Assembly (NCBI RefSeq): GCF_964355755.1
Contig: NC_092672.1
Location: 21,899,237 to 21,963,236 of the forward strand
Direction: 5' to 3'
DNA length: 64,000 nucleotides
Origin: Antedon mediterranea
Lineage: Eukaryota > Animalia > Echinodermata
This document shows, in pieces, positions 62,901-64,000 of this stretch. The notes beneath the pieces were generated by a model. It was not told the origin of the DNA, did no database searches, and saw nothing but the letters and a program-made list of their open reading frames with translations. Made by a program: the position numbers and the translations under genes. Within the stretch, counting starts at the first letter, position 1, and each line of letters opens with the position of its first letter.

Positions 62901-64000
62901 GTAGGCGAATGAAAAATTACCCACACTTACGCTGTTTTTATACCATCCCACGACACTAATTAAATTTAATAATTTATGCAAACAAAGGTACTTAGAACTT
63001 CCTTTAGGAAATGTGTCCACTATTAAGATTGGTCAAACAGCCCTTACATAATTAGGAAGACCCTCCCACAACAGTGACCATTAGATTTAGCCTTCGACCA
63101 AACGGAAAACATGGACACAGGAAACACCTTAATTAAAACAACAAAGGGGAAAAAATTGGAGAGATGTAGTGAAAGGACAAAGGTACTTAGAACTTCCTTT
63201 AGGAAATGTGTCCGCTATTAAGATTGGTCAAACAGCCCTTACATAATTAGGAAGACCCTCCCACAACAGTGACCATTAGATTTAGCCTTCGACCAAATGG
63301 AAAACATGGACCCAGGAAACACCTTAATTAAAACAACAAAAGGAAAACATTGGAGAGATGTAGTGAAAGGACAAATCAAAAATACGCGCCATAAAAATAA
63401 TTTATTAAACCTAAACGGGAAGCACTGCAAACAATTAAAAGGAAACAACTGATTGTTTAATCAAACGCTCCATTTTCAACAAAAATTCTCTCTCCACCTC
63501 GTCTACGTACGTAAATATACAACTTGTAGGCCTATTACTCCTCTCGACTCCTTCATCTATACCCGCGGGGATAACCTCTTCGGCCTCCATGTAACGATCA
63601 TCTATATCACTGCCTGGAACAACAGTCTTCTCATCATCGCTAATTATTATAACAGTATCTGCACAACTCCCTTGCTCCACGTACTAGAACATCGCGTCAA
63701 AAATTAATAATTAAGAGACAAAGAAACACCTGGCGGAAATAATAATTAAAATTGACCATCAAGAATAATAACAAGGTCAGAACGGAAACCCGAAATAATT
63801 AGATTAATTAACCTCCAGCAAGGATGATTTATAATTCATTACATAACACCACCTAAATATAAGTAAATATATTAATAAATAACGCCCCTAAACAAAGAAA
63901 GACCTTCATTAATTAAGAATAATCTAATTATTATGAAACCAGGAAAAGAATGACCTTCATTAGAAACACCTGGCGGAAATTACATAACTAATACAATAAC

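Larger units (their letters stand above)
44790..64000. mobile_element. Giant palindromic pPolB-only element (Polinton-related): arm 1 ~44790-51684, centre 51685-51989, arm 2 51990 to beyond 64000 (interrupted by a LINE)
   Basis: Arm 2 is the near-identical reverse complement of arm 1 over its whole visible length; window end 64000 corresponds to about 45133. Each arm holds one pPolB gene and no other recognisable Polinton gene. Confidence 0.9.

Noticed and set aside
44790-64000. Assembly or fold-back read artefact as the cause of the giant inverted repeat
   Set aside because: The arms differ by several indels, substitutions and a 5.4-kb LINE insertion, and the centre is asymmetric; an artefact would give essentially identical arms.

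Overview
AT-rich, intron-rich eukaryotic DNA, probably from a marine invertebrate (echinoderm-like; this is inference). The left half holds a spliced ankyrin–death domain–ROC–COR–tandem-DED (Roco) gene at about 7.8–32.8 kb on +. A 3.8-kb Chapaev-type transposon (4-bp TSD) is inserted inside its ROC G3 exon. Many TE remnants surround it: a palindromic AcademX remnant, Kolobok-, IS3EU- and Helentron-type non-autonomous elements, CR1/L2 and Tx1 LINE fragments, and two Penelope-type minimal hammerhead ribozymes. The right 19 kb is the striking part: a giant palindrome of two ~7-kb arms, tail-to-tail, centred near 51,830. Each arm carries a single spliced, Polinton-type protein-primed DNA polymerase polyprotein gene (TP-like region, vOTU-like protease, Zn fingers, exonuclease, Vsr-like insertion, polymerase). 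No integrase, capsid, ATPase or adenain gene is visible. The arms meet in a bubble/67-bp-stem/GAA-triloop structure that looks like a terminal hairpin. The right arm is interrupted by a full-length LINE whose ORF1 carries a 2A motif and is joined in frame to ORF2 through a single TAG.
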